Assembly (NCBI GenBank): GCA_963696765.1
Contig: CAVOLK010000005.1
Coordinates: forward strand, 252,851-316,850
Reading direction: 5' to 3'
Length of the DNA stretch: 64,000 nucleotides
DNA from: an uncultured Acidobacteriota bacterium
GTDB taxonomy: Bacteria > Acidobacteriota > Terriglobia > Terriglobales > Acidobacteriaceae
In this document: positions 52,047 to 61,397 of the stretch, one piece after another
Layout: every line of letters starts with the position of its first letter
Numbering within the stretch: the stretch's first letter is position 1
Position numbers and translations under genes: made by a program
Notes under the pieces: generated by a model
Database searches by the model: none
What the model was told of the DNA's origin: nothing
The model's input: only the letters and a program-made list of their open reading frames with translations

Positions 52047-52700
52047 ATGTCGAGCAATCTCAACCATCGGTGGAAGCATATAAAAGCGGTCATCCTGGAT
52101 TATGGAGAAGTCCTATCCCATCGTCCCACGGCGGAGGAAAACGCCCGCCTGGCAAGCTTTTTCAGCCTTCGCGCCGATCAGCTTCCGGCGTTGTGGGAGC
52201 GGAATCGCGGCCCCTACGACCGCGGCGATCTCACTCCAGAGGTGTATTGGTCAATGCTGGCGAAAGATGCGGGATGCAAACTCGGCCCGGATCAACTGGC
52301 AGCGATCCACGAGCTCGATACCGCGATGTGGAGCAAAGTGAATTCCCGCATGGTGGAATGGCTGGGTCACCTTCGTTCGTCTGGTATGAAGCTGGCCCTC
52401 CTCTCGAACATGCATCCCGGAATGGTGACCTATTGCCGCAAAGAGTTTGCATGGCTCAAGAATTTTGACTTCGTCACATTTTCGGCGGAGGTGAGATTGA
52501 TCAAGCCGGATCCAGCAATCTACGAGCATACGCTGCGCGGCCTGGGTGTGAGGGCTTCCGACGCTTTGTTTCTGGATGACCGGGAAGTCAACATTCGAGC
52601 GGCTCACGCTCTGGGCATTCATGCGCTGCGCTTTGAATCGATCGAGCAACTGCGCCGCGAGCTGGAATCTGCAGGCTTTCCGATTTTGCCGGTGGCCTGA
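52047..52700 (+). CDS. HAD-IA family hydrolase
   Basis: KAVILDYGEVL (DxG/DxD-like motif I), LALLSNM (motif II), LFLDDREVNIRAAHALG (motif IV). ATG 52047 lies within ORF 51729, whose 5' part is antisense to uxuA. Confidence 0.75.
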   Translation: MSSNLNHRWKHIKAVILDYGEVLSHRPTAEENARLASFFSLRADQLPALWERNRGPYDRGDLTPEVYWSMLAKDAGCKLGPDQLAAIHELDTAMWSKVNSRMVEWLGHLRSSGMKLALLSNMHPGMVTYCRKEFAWLKNFDFVTFSAEVRLIKPDPAIYEHTLRGLGVRASDALFLDDREVNIRAAHALGIHALRFESIEQLRRELESAGFPILPVA

Positions 52701-52721
52701 TCGCAGGCTCGCGGCTACGGG

Positions 52722-53498
52722 TCAGACTAAAGTGACCTTTATGCCGGCTTCCTTCAGCGCATGGAGATCCGCTTTCGGAATTTGTTTGTCGGTGATAACT
52801 TCCTGCACGGCGGTTACCGGCATAATGTTGCACAGGCTTCTGCGCCCAAATTTGCTGGAGTCGCAAACCGCAATGGTTCTGCGGCTCACCTCGACCATGG
52901 CGCGATTGACTTCAGACTCCAATAGATTCGGAGTGAAAAGTCCGGCCTTGGTATCGAATCCGTCCACGCCCAGAAATAGAATGTCCGCGCTCAGTTGCCG
53001 CAGGTTTCGCTCGGCCAGCGGACCTACCAGCGAAAATGAGTTCTTGCGCAGCATGCCTCCGGTCAGGATGACTTCAATTCGCGTTCCGGCAAGCTCGGCG
53101 GCAATGTTGAGCGCATTCGTAATTACGGTAAGCTGCGCCATATCTTTCAGCGCCCGCGCGATCGCCGTCGTGGTGGTTCCTGAGTCCAACAAAACGGACT
53201 GGCCCTCTTCAACCAGGCGGGCCGCAGCTTCGGCGATCTGGGCCTTCTGCTTACGATGAAGTTTCTCCTTCTCGCGCAGGGTAGGGTCGAGCAGAGCTCC
53301 GCCCTGCACCGGTAGCGCGCCACCGTGAGTGCGTTGGATGGCGCCCTGGCCGTCCAGGAACTCAAGATCTTTGCGGATAGTTATTTGAGAAATGCGAAAG
53401 TGCCGCGCCAGTTCCTTGACCAGCACTCGTCCGTCGCGATGCAGCACTCCAAGGATTTCGCGACGCCGTTCTTCGTTGAGCAAGCCATTCGAAGGCAT
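52722..53498 (-). CDS. DeoR/GlpR family transcriptional regulator
   Basis: RRREILGVLHRDGRVLVKELARHFRISQITIRKDLEFL HTH plus a C-terminal sugar-phosphate sensor fold. The start at 53498 (MPSNG) is preferred over 53606. Confidence 0.85.
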   Translation of the reverse strand: MPSNGLLNEERRREILGVLHRDGRVLVKELARHFRISQITIRKDLEFLDGQGAIQRTHGGALPVQGGALLDPTLREKEKLHRKQKAQIAEAAARLVEEGQSVLLDSGTTTTAIARALKDMAQLTVITNALNIAAELAGTRIEVILTGGMLRKNSFSLVGPLAERNLRQLSADILFLGVDGFDTKAGLFTPNLLESEVNRAMVEVSRRTIAVCDSSKFGRRSLCNIMPVTAVQEVITDKQIPKADLHALKEAGIKVTLV

Positions 53499-53644
53499 GT
53501 GTGAGGGTCTCGCGTTTTCCACAAAGCCGTTGCTGCGAGCAAAAGTAAAACCGGGATCGATGGCGTCCACCGCCGGCTGCATCACATAGACAGAGCCGTT
53601 GAGCACGCCTCCGAGGTTCGCATTGACGGGACGCGGTCTTACTG

Positions 53645-53706
53645 TATTATTACGAACGATTACTTTTACTTTCGTTTTATTGCGTTGTCAACCGCGATTA
53701 TTACGA
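53645..53706. promoter_or_regulatory. Direct repeat ATTATTACGAA x2 in the AT-rich DeoR / glycosidase divergent region
   Basis: Identical 11-mers at 53645-53655 and 53696-53706 (51-nt centre spacing). Confidence 0.35.
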
Positions 53707-53773
53707 ATGCACTTTAGAGGCGCTTTCGATTCGTGGCGCAGAAAAACTACTTGTTAGCTCATAGGAGTTCCCA

Positions 53774-56011
53774 ATGATCGTTCGCAGACACGGTGCTGTG
53801 CTGTTCGGCGTGGTCCTCGCCCTCACTTTCGTGCAGACGGATTGTTCGAAGGCGCCGGACGCACAGCCCAATTCGCCGCTAACCGCTTCCGAATCGTCCC
53901 AACCTTCGACGATCAAAGTGGACGTGAAGCCGGCAGGCCCCGTGGTTCTGACCACTAGCGCGGCCGAGTTTCAAGTAAGGCCAGACGGTTATGTGCAGGC
54001 CTCGCTGTTGAGCGACGGGAAGATGCTCTCACTCGACGAACCCAACGCCGGAACTGACGGCGACAGCAACTTTGTGCGCGTCGGTGGCAAAGATTTGCCT
54101 TTCAAACTCGACTTCGCGCAAGCCCAGGTTCGCGAAGCGACGGGCAAAATGGGTGCAGGCAAGCGCGTTGAAATTCCGGCGCAGAGCGCGGGAAGTTCGA
54201 CCAATTTGCAAGCCGTTCTGGCGTTCGAGGTCTATGACAAGTTTCCTAACGTCTTGCTGAGTACCGTGGAATATAAGAACGCGGGCACGAGTGCAGCGAC
54301 CCTTGAAAAGAGCGTGAATCTGCGGCGGCGGTTAAATGCACGACTCGAAGACGCGAAAGCGAAGCCGTGGGAAATGTGGTCGTTTCATGGCGCGAGCTAT
54401 GACTGGGGAAAAGACGATGTGGTGAAGCTGACACCAACGTTTTATCAGCCGAATCTGATGGGCGAGATGGTCAAAGGGGGCTATGGTGGCGGCATTCCGG
54501 TGGTTGCTTTCTGGACCCGACAGGTGGGTGAAGCGGTCGGACACGTGGAAACGATTCCGATTTCCGCGGCGATCCCGGCTAAGGTCGCGGGCGATGGGCG
54601 GCTGAATACGGAAGTGGATTACGCCGCGAACATCACGCTGAAGCCGGGCGAAACATATTCTACCCCGCGCAGTTTCGTCTCGGTTTTTTCGGGCGACTAC
54701 TACGAGCCGCTGCGCATTTGGTCGAGCGTGCTGCAAAAAGAGGGATGGGAACTTCCGAAGCCTTCGAGCGAGGCCTACAACGTAAGCTGGTGCGGTTGGG
54801 GATACGAAGCCGACGTGACGCCCGCGCAGATGCTGGGCACCGTTCCGAAGCTGAAAGAGCTTGGCATCAAGTGGGTCACGCTGGACGATCGCTGGTTCGA
54901 CACGTACGGCGACTGGAATCCGCGCACCGACACCTTTCCCGGCGAAAGTATTCAGAAGATGACTGAGGACTTCCACAAGCAAGGCATGCTGGCGCAACTA
55001 TGGTGGCTGCCGCTGGCGGTCGAGGATGGGCAGGGACGATACGAGTCGCACAAATATTCTGTGTCCAAGGTTGCGCAGGAGCATCCCGAGTGGCTGATCC
55101 TCGACAAGAACGGCAAGCACGCCCGCATGACTCGCGGCTTGGCGGTTATGTGCCCGGCGGTGCCGGAAGTTCGCGCGTATCACAAGCAGCTGACGGAAAA
55201 ATTCATTCGCGACTGGGGATTCGACGGCAGCAAGCTCGACAATATTTATAGCGTTCCAGCCTGCTACAACCCGGCTCACCATCACAAGTCGCCGCAGGAT
55301 TCTGTGAATGCGATGGGCGACGTCTACAAAGAAATTTTCCAGACGACGCGCGCGATAAAGCCGCAGAGCGTCACTCAGAGCTGCCCGTGCGGCACGCCGC
55401 CGTCGCTGGCATGGCTGCCGTTCATGGATCAGGCAGTGACTGCCGATCCGGTGGGCGCGGTGCAAGTGCGCCGGCGGATCAAGATGTACAAAGCGTTACT
55501 GGGCCCCGAATCGGCCGTCTACGGCGATCACGTCGAACTCTCGGCGATGACCCGAGTTGGCAACGACTATAGAGAACACGGCGCCGATTTCGCCTCCACG
55601 ATTGGAGCGGGAGGCGTGGTGGGAACGAAATTCGTGTGGCCCGATCCTGGCCCGAAATTCAAAGCGGTGAATCTCACGCCCGCGAAAGAAGAGCACTGGA
55701 AGAAGTGGATCGGCTTGTACAACCAGAAAATGTTATCCAAGGGCGAGTTCGAGGATCTTTACGTGACCGGCTACGACACGCCCGAGGGGTACGCGATCGC
55801 GAAAGACGGGAAAATGTATTACGCGTTCTTTGCCCCGGCCAACTGGAAAGGCGAACTGGAACTGCGCGGATTGAAGCCCGGTAAATATCGAGTGACTGAC
55901 TACGCCGATGCAACCGATCTGGGCACGGTGGAAGCTTCAGCTTCAGGGACCGCGAAGTTGAACGCGGAGTTCAAGGAACATCTGCTGCTCGAGGTCAGTG
56001 CGCAGCCGTAA
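53774..56011 (+). CDS. Secreted alpha-galactosidase-like glycoside hydrolase (clan GH-D, GH36/27-like)
   Basis: 745-aa intact ORF with a signal peptide; WVTLDDRWFDTYGDWNPRTDTFPG and GFDGSKLDN match the DDGW..GDW..FP and KxD catalytic-region pattern of clan GH-D. Confidence 0.65.
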   Translation: MIVRRHGAVLFGVVLALTFVQTDCSKAPDAQPNSPLTASESSQPSTIKVDVKPAGPVVLTTSAAEFQVRPDGYVQASLLSDGKMLSLDEPNAGTDGDSNFVRVGGKDLPFKLDFAQAQVREATGKMGAGKRVEIPAQSAGSSTNLQAVLAFEVYDKFPNVLLSTVEYKNAGTSAATLEKSVNLRRRLNARLEDAKAKPWEMWSFHGASYDWGKDDVVKLTPTFYQPNLMGEMVKGGYGGGIPVVAFWTRQVGEAVGHVETIPISAAIPAKVAGDGRLNTEVDYAANITLKPGETYSTPRSFVSVFSGDYYEPLRIWSSVLQKEGWELPKPSSEAYNVSWCGWGYEADVTPAQMLGTVPKLKELGIKWVTLDDRWFDTYGDWNPRTDTFPGESIQKMTEDFHKQGMLAQLWWLPLAVEDGQGRYESHKYSVSKVAQEHPEWLILDKNGKHARMTRGLAVMCPAVPEVRAYHKQLTEKFIRDWGFDGSKLDNIYSVPACYNPAHHHKSPQDSVNAMGDVYKEIFQTTRAIKPQSVTQSCPCGTPPSLAWLPFMDQAVTADPVGAVQVRRRIKMYKALLGPESAVYGDHVELSAMTRVGNDYREHGADFASTIGAGGVVGTKFVWPDPGPKFKAVNLTPAKEEHWKKWIGLYNQKMLSKGEFEDLYVTGYDTPEGYAIAKDGKMYYAFFAPANWKGELELRGLKPGKYRVTDYADATDLGTVEASASGTAKLNAEFKEHLLLEVSAQP

Positions 56012-56981
56012 TTATTGCTGCTGCTGTTCCTGCGCTTCGACCAGATGGGGTTGCTGGCTCTCATCGAGAAATTGGGACCACTCTTCATCCGCGGCAAACT
56101 CTTCGTCTGGAGGAAGCACTGCTTGCGATGGAGTCACGCGCACGCGAACCTGCAGCTGCGTTTCTGCTTTTCCCTTCATCATGCCCATGGTGGGCGGGAC
56201 GTCGCCATAATCGCGACCGATCGCAGTGCGAATATGCTTTTCCCCAGCCAGTCGATTAATCGTAGGATCGAAACCGACCCAACCGAAGCGGGGAAGAAGA
56301 GCTTCTACCCACGCATGCGTCGCACCCTCCGCCACGCCGCGTTCACCGTCGCTGCTGTGGTAAAGGTATCCACTGACGTAACGACAGGGGATTCTGGCAT
56401 TCCGCACCAGCGCGATCATGATGTGAGCAAAATCCTGACACACGCCCTGGCGCGAGCGAAGCGCATCTTCAATGGGAGAATTTACCGCCGTGCTTTTCTT
56501 TACGTAGCTGAAACTGCGATGCACGCCGGAGTTGATATCCTGCAGGAACGCGAGCGGGCTGCGGTCTCTTTCTTTCGTCCGCGCCCATCTCCGCTGCCAG
56601 TTGTTCCAGTTCCGGGCTGGAGCGCGCGAAATGACTGGGCATGAGCATGTCCCAATAGTCTTTTTTTTCTACAAGGTCTTCTAACTCTTGCCAGGCTTCG
56701 TACTCCATAACTTCGGGAATCGCAGGCTGGAGATCGATATTGACCAGCGCGTCGGTGATGATGGTGAGTTGGCTATGACGAGCCGGCAGGTCGAAATGGT
56801 GCACCAGGTTGCCGTAAGAATCGGTATACCCAAAAATCCGGGCGCGAGGATTTACGGATAATTGAAAAACGAAGCAGCGCTGATTGCCCTCGCTGCGCGG
56901 ATGCATGCGCACTTCCATCATGCTCTGCCAGACGGAGCGGCTGTAGCGGTAGCGCGTGAAATGGCGGATGGCGTAGAACAT
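56012..56981 (-). pseudogene. Transglutaminase family protein (Bact_transglu_N + transglutaminase core), one frame break (~56560)
   Basis: MFYAIRHFTRYRYS (ORF 56469-56981) continues via RDRSPLAFLQDIN into ORF 56012-56524 (RQGVCQDFAH, THAWVEA, GFDPT Cys-His-Asp triad). The span is 3n+1. Confidence 0.85.
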
Positions 56982-57915
56982 TCAGTTTTGAAACGCAACT
57001 TCAACCGGATAGTCGATATAAAGCTCATGAACCGCCGCGTGCAACTCACGGCATTGTTCAATAATTCCTGCGAGGTACTTGTGCAGGCCGCCTATGATTT
57101 CGCCGATCTGCACATACGTGACCATCGATCGCAAGCGCCCGATCAGTCTTTCGACTTTCTCCGTCCTGCGGCTCAAGGAGAGATTGCTGATCGCGCTCAG
57201 AGCGCCGTGCATATGGTCCATGGAATAACGAACCGAGTAAGGAAACTCCGGCTTCAACAGCAGGAAGTTTGCGATTCGTTCCGGCTTGAGTTCGGCGGTG
57301 CAGGCCTTGCAGTAGGCTTCAAATGCGGCACAGCTACTTAACAAGCCCTACCCAATCGAGGTCGTCCGCATGCTTGCCCACGACAAAGTAGGCGTCCAGC
57401 AGGATGCAGAGGTTAGTCGCACGCTCGATGTACTTGCCCAGTTGAATAAAATGCCAAGCTTCATCGTGATTCAAAGTGGCCGCGGTAATCCCGCTCAACC
57501 GGTACGAGCCTTCGCGAACCAGGGTCACCACACGCATGGCACCGGCATCATCGTCTGGCTGGAGCACGGACCCGGTGACGTCGTGGAACAGGCGATTGAG
57601 GTGCTCCCACATTTCCGAACTGATTTCCTCGCGAACTTGCCGAGCATTGTCGCGAGCGGCGCTGATGCACTTCACAATCGAGAAAGTTCCATCCGGATCG
57701 CCCACCAGCGAAAACAGAGCGCGCTGTGGATCGACGTTGTTGGAAGCCGCGCCCGGAGCCAGCGACGACACGGCGCGAAACCATCGTTCTTCCGTGGAAA
57801 ATTTCGCCGGATTCAAAATCAAGCCGTAGGTCGCCTTGAGCACACGAGCTGCATTGTCGGCCCGCTCGAAATAGCGGCTCATCCAGTAAAGACTGTCGGC
57901 TACGCGTGAAAGCAT
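56982..57915 (-). pseudogene. Alpha-E domain protein, one frame break (~57340)
   Basis: MLSRVADSLYWMSRYFERADN (ORF 57334-57915). DLDWVGL then LSSCAAFEAYCK (ORF 56982-57344). The break lies within gtagggctt. The span is 3n+1. Confidence 0.85.
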
Positions 57916-57932
57916 TTCTTATTCTTCCAATC

Positions 57933-59406
57933 TCAATTTTGCAGAACCCAGGTGTCTTTCGACCCTCCGCCCTGCGACGAATTCACTACCAGCGAACCCT
58001 TTCGCAGCGCCACGCGGGTCAAGCCGCCCGGAACAATCGTGATTTTGTCGCCATACAGAATATAGGGACGCAGATCGACGTGGCGCGGCTCAATGGACCC
58101 TTCTATAAAACATGGCGCGGTCGAAAGATTAATTGTAGGCTGCGCAATATAGTTTCGCGGCTGCGCGTAGATTCTCTGTCGAAACTCGGCCCGCTCCTTC
58201 TCCGTGCTGTGCGGGCCGATCAGCATTCCGTACCCGCCGGATTCACCAACAGCTTTCACCACATACTGGTCCAGTTTCTGGCAAACATGATCTCTCTGCC
58301 CGGGGTCGGACATCAGCAGCGTCTCAACGCCCTCGAGAATTGGATCCTCATCCAGGTAGTAGCGAATAATTTTCGGGACGAAGGCATAAATCGCCTTATC
58401 GTCGGCGACGCCCGTCCCCAGCGCGTTCGCGAAGGCTACGTTTCCCGCGCGATAGGCATTAAACAGTCCGACAGCTCCCAGCGAGGAACCAGTCCCAAAG
58501 ACCATGGGATCGAGATAGTCGTCATCGATGCGGCGATAGATCACATCCACACGCTGCAGGCCGAACGTCGTCCGCATGTAAACGATATTGTCGTGCACCA
58601 CCAAATCTCGTCCCTCGACGAGTTCAATGCCCATTTGCCGGGCCAGATATGCATGTTCGAAGTACGCCGAGTTGTAAGAGCCGGGCGTTAATAAGACCAC
58701 GGTCGGCTCGTTCCGGCCCTCGGGAGCAAGACGACCGCAGCGTCGACAATAAGACCTGGCTGTACTGCTCAATGGGCCGCACCCGGCATCTTTGAAACAA
58801 TCCGGGGAATATCTGCTTCATGACCCGGCGGCTGGTCAGCATGTAGGAGACCCCGCTGGGGACGCGCAGGTTGTCCTCCAGGACCACAAAGTTCCCATCC
58901 GGCCCGCGGATCAAATCGGTACCGACCACGGTGATGTACACGTCGCGGGGAACCTTCACACCGCGCATTTCGCGGCGGTAGTGTTTGCAGGTGTAGACGA
59001 TGCTGCCGGGCACCACGCCGTCTTCAATGATTTTGGCGTCATGATACACATCTTTCAGGAACAGATTGAGCGCTGTGATGCGCTGCGTTAGCCCGCGTTC
59101 AATTCGTTCCCATTCTGTCGCCGTTATGATTCGAGGCAGCAGGTCGTTCGGAAATATTCGCTCCGTGCCTTTATCGTTTCCATAGACGGTGAAAGTAATG
59201 CCCTGGTTGAAGAAGGATTGATCCGCCTCGTGCTTGCTGCGTCTTAGCTCGTCGGCGTCGAGCGTGAGGAGCAGGTTGTGGAGGGGCCGATATTGCTTGC
59301 GAGGATGGTCCACCGCGCTGAACATTTCGTCATACGCGCCATTGAATTCGTAGCGGTGGAGTGAGTCCGCTCCGCTGCGATTGGACGGATCCGTCTCGAT
59401 AATCAT
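57933..59406 (-). pseudogene. Circularly permuted type-2 ATP-grasp protein, one frame break (~58735)
   Basis: ORF 58624-59406 (NQGITFTVYG, VVGTDLIRGPDGNFVVLEDNLRVPSGVSYM) continues as [34 protein letters not shown] in ORF 57933-58772. The span is 3n+1. Confidence 0.85.
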
Positions 59407-59507
59407 GATCGCGGTGCCGTGGCCCTCGCCAGAATAGCGTATCGACCGCGAATTGAGGATCGGGAATACCGCTTCGCGTTATTGAAGAAACTGCTGGAAA
59501 CCCGAGC

Positions 59508-60289
59508 TTATACCCTCGATTGCGCGACTTCTCTGATGCTCTGTGCGGGGTTTTCGCTGCCTTCTGATTGAAACTCGATGTCGGGGAGCTGCTCGACCGC
59601 CCGCCGCAGGGACTGTTCCCAGCTGGAGTGGATCAGGTTCAAATCCCGATCCCCGGCGCTGAAACACGGCGGTACCGCGTGATTTGCAGGCTGTCTTTTT
59701 TATAGAGCAGGAGATCGAACGGGGGACCGACAGTGACATTGGAGCGCATGGTCGCGTCCAGCGAGAGAAGCGCGTATTTTGCCGCGACCTCAAGGGAGGT
59801 TGAGGATTGGATGCCGCGATCCAGGATCGGCCGGCCATACTTGCACTCGCCTAGCTGCAGATAAAGCGAATCCTCCGTGGCCGCCAGCGGATTTCCCTGG
59901 GGATAAATCAAGTAAAGGTTGGGCTCCTGCCCGCGCACCTGGCCGCCCAGCAGCAAATGAACGTTGAAGCTGAAGGAATCGCGCTCGAGCGAGGCCCGGT
60001 CAATGTCGGAGACACGGCGAACGCAGTCGCCTACAATGCGGGCAGCATCGTAAAGCGACCCGGCCTGGGCCAGGCCCCGCCCGGAATCAAAATCGTCTCC
60101 CAGAAGCGTGATTACCGATTGGCTGATGGAGAGGCTGCCGCTGGTAAGAATTACAAAAACCCTCTCGCCCGCCTGCACAAAGCGAAACATCTTGCGGCAG
60201 GTGTTAACCTGATCAAAACCCGCGTTGGTCCTCGAATCCGAGGCCAAGACCAGGCCTTCCCGCGTTGCAATTCCCAAACAATATGTCAA
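59508..60289 (-). pseudogene. Anbu (ancestral beta-subunit, proteasome-like Ntn peptidase), one frame break (~59680)
   Basis: TTG 60289 (AGAGGA SD) gives (M)TYCLGIATREGLVLASDSRTNAG with Thr as residue 2. The C-terminus DRDLNLIHSSWEQSLRRAVEQLPDIEF lies in another frame and ends at the stop at 59508-59510. The span is 3n-1. Confidence 0.8.
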
Positions 60290-60326
60290 TTTGTCCTCTG
60301 CTCTGAAGCCTAACGCATCATACACT

Positions 60327-60351
60327 GATTGCGCACTCAGATTGCGCACTC
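60327..60351. promoter_or_regulatory. Tandem direct repeat GATTGCGCACTC x2 upstream of the Anbu operon
   Basis: Identical 12-mers at 60327-60338 and 60340-60351, 38 nt upstream of the TTG start, in the 177-bp divergent region. Confidence 0.35.
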
Positions 60352-60466
60352 GAATTTGCAATCCGCCTCAGCAAGAAATAATGTGCAACATCAACTAGAT
60401 TAACGTGTTACTTTCTGCATCTCATGTGCGCCAGCACCCTGCTCGCGCAAGGATACCTGCATTCCT

Positions 60467-61279
60467 ATGATGATTCGGCTCGGCTATGACATTCAATTTG
60501 AGACGGTCGGCGAAGTGCCGATCATCACGCTGCTCAACGTGCACCCTTCGCGAAGGAACGATCTACGAGAAGCCGACGAATTAAGCACCGACCCCTTAGT
60601 GAAGATAGACAGCTATTGCGATACCTTCGGCAATCGGGCTTGCCGCCTGTTGGCCCCGCCCGGAAAGATTCGATTGCAGAATTCCACCCTGATCGAAGAC
60701 TCCGGCTTGCCGGACCCGGAAGGCCTCGATGCGGATGAGATTCCCGTCGATCAACTGCCGGTTGACGTCCTGCCATACCTGATGAACAGCCGTTATTGTG
60801 AAGTGGATCTCTTATCGAACACGGCCGCAGAGCTGTTTTGGAACGCTCCCAGAGGGTGGCAGCGTGTTAAAGCGGTCTGCAATTGGGTGCACAAAAAAGT
60901 CACTTTCGGCTACGAATTTTCCAATCCCACTCGCACCGCTCTGGGCGTCTATACCGAGCGGGTCGGGGTTTGCCGTGACTTTCAGCATCTGGCGATCACT
61001 TTTTGTCGAGCGCTTAACATCCCTGCCCGCTACGCCACCGGATACCTGGGAGACATCGGCGTGATTGTGGCTCCCAGTCCTATGGACTTCAGCGCGTGGT
61101 TTGAAGTTTACCTGGGAAATCGATGGTGGACATTCGATGCCCGGCACAACATTCCACGCATCGGCCGCGTGCTCATGGCGACCGGCCGCGACGCCACCGA
61201 TTGCGCGATTACAACGTCGTTCGGCAGAGCCCGGTTGACGCACTTCTTTGTAGTCTCCGACGAAGTGCCGAACCCATGA
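60467..61279 (+). CDS. Transglutaminase-like family protein (second copy, divergent from the Anbu operon)
   Basis: 270-aa intact ORF: N-terminal MIRLGYDIQFE.., core RVGVCRDFQHLAITFCRALNIPARYATGY, FSAWFEVYL, TFDARH. Confidence 0.8.
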   Translation: MMIRLGYDIQFETVGEVPIITLLNVHPSRRNDLREADELSTDPLVKIDSYCDTFGNRACRLLAPPGKIRLQNSTLIEDSGLPDPEGLDADEIPVDQLPVDVLPYLMNSRYCEVDLLSNTAAELFWNAPRGWQRVKAVCNWVHKKVTFGYEFSNPTRTALGVYTERVGVCRDFQHLAITFCRALNIPARYATGYLGDIGVIVAPSPMDFSAWFEVYLGNRWWTFDARHNIPRIGRVLMATGRDATDCAITTSFGRARLTHFFVVSDEVPNP

Positions 61280-61397
61280 CGGAGCCAGAAAGTCGCCCTG
61301 AGAGCGTTTTTTCTCCGCTTCCTGCTGTAAAGGGGAAACAACTCATGTTTCGTAACGAAAAATCAGGCACTTGGTCACCACACTGGCGCAGAGCTTT

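Noticed and set aside
56500-59700. Programmed ribosomal frameshifting or transcriptional slippage in the Anbu operon genes
   Set aside because: The four break sites share no slippery heptamer or common motif and have no downstream structure in common. Identical net +1 breaks occur in many unrelated genes across the window.
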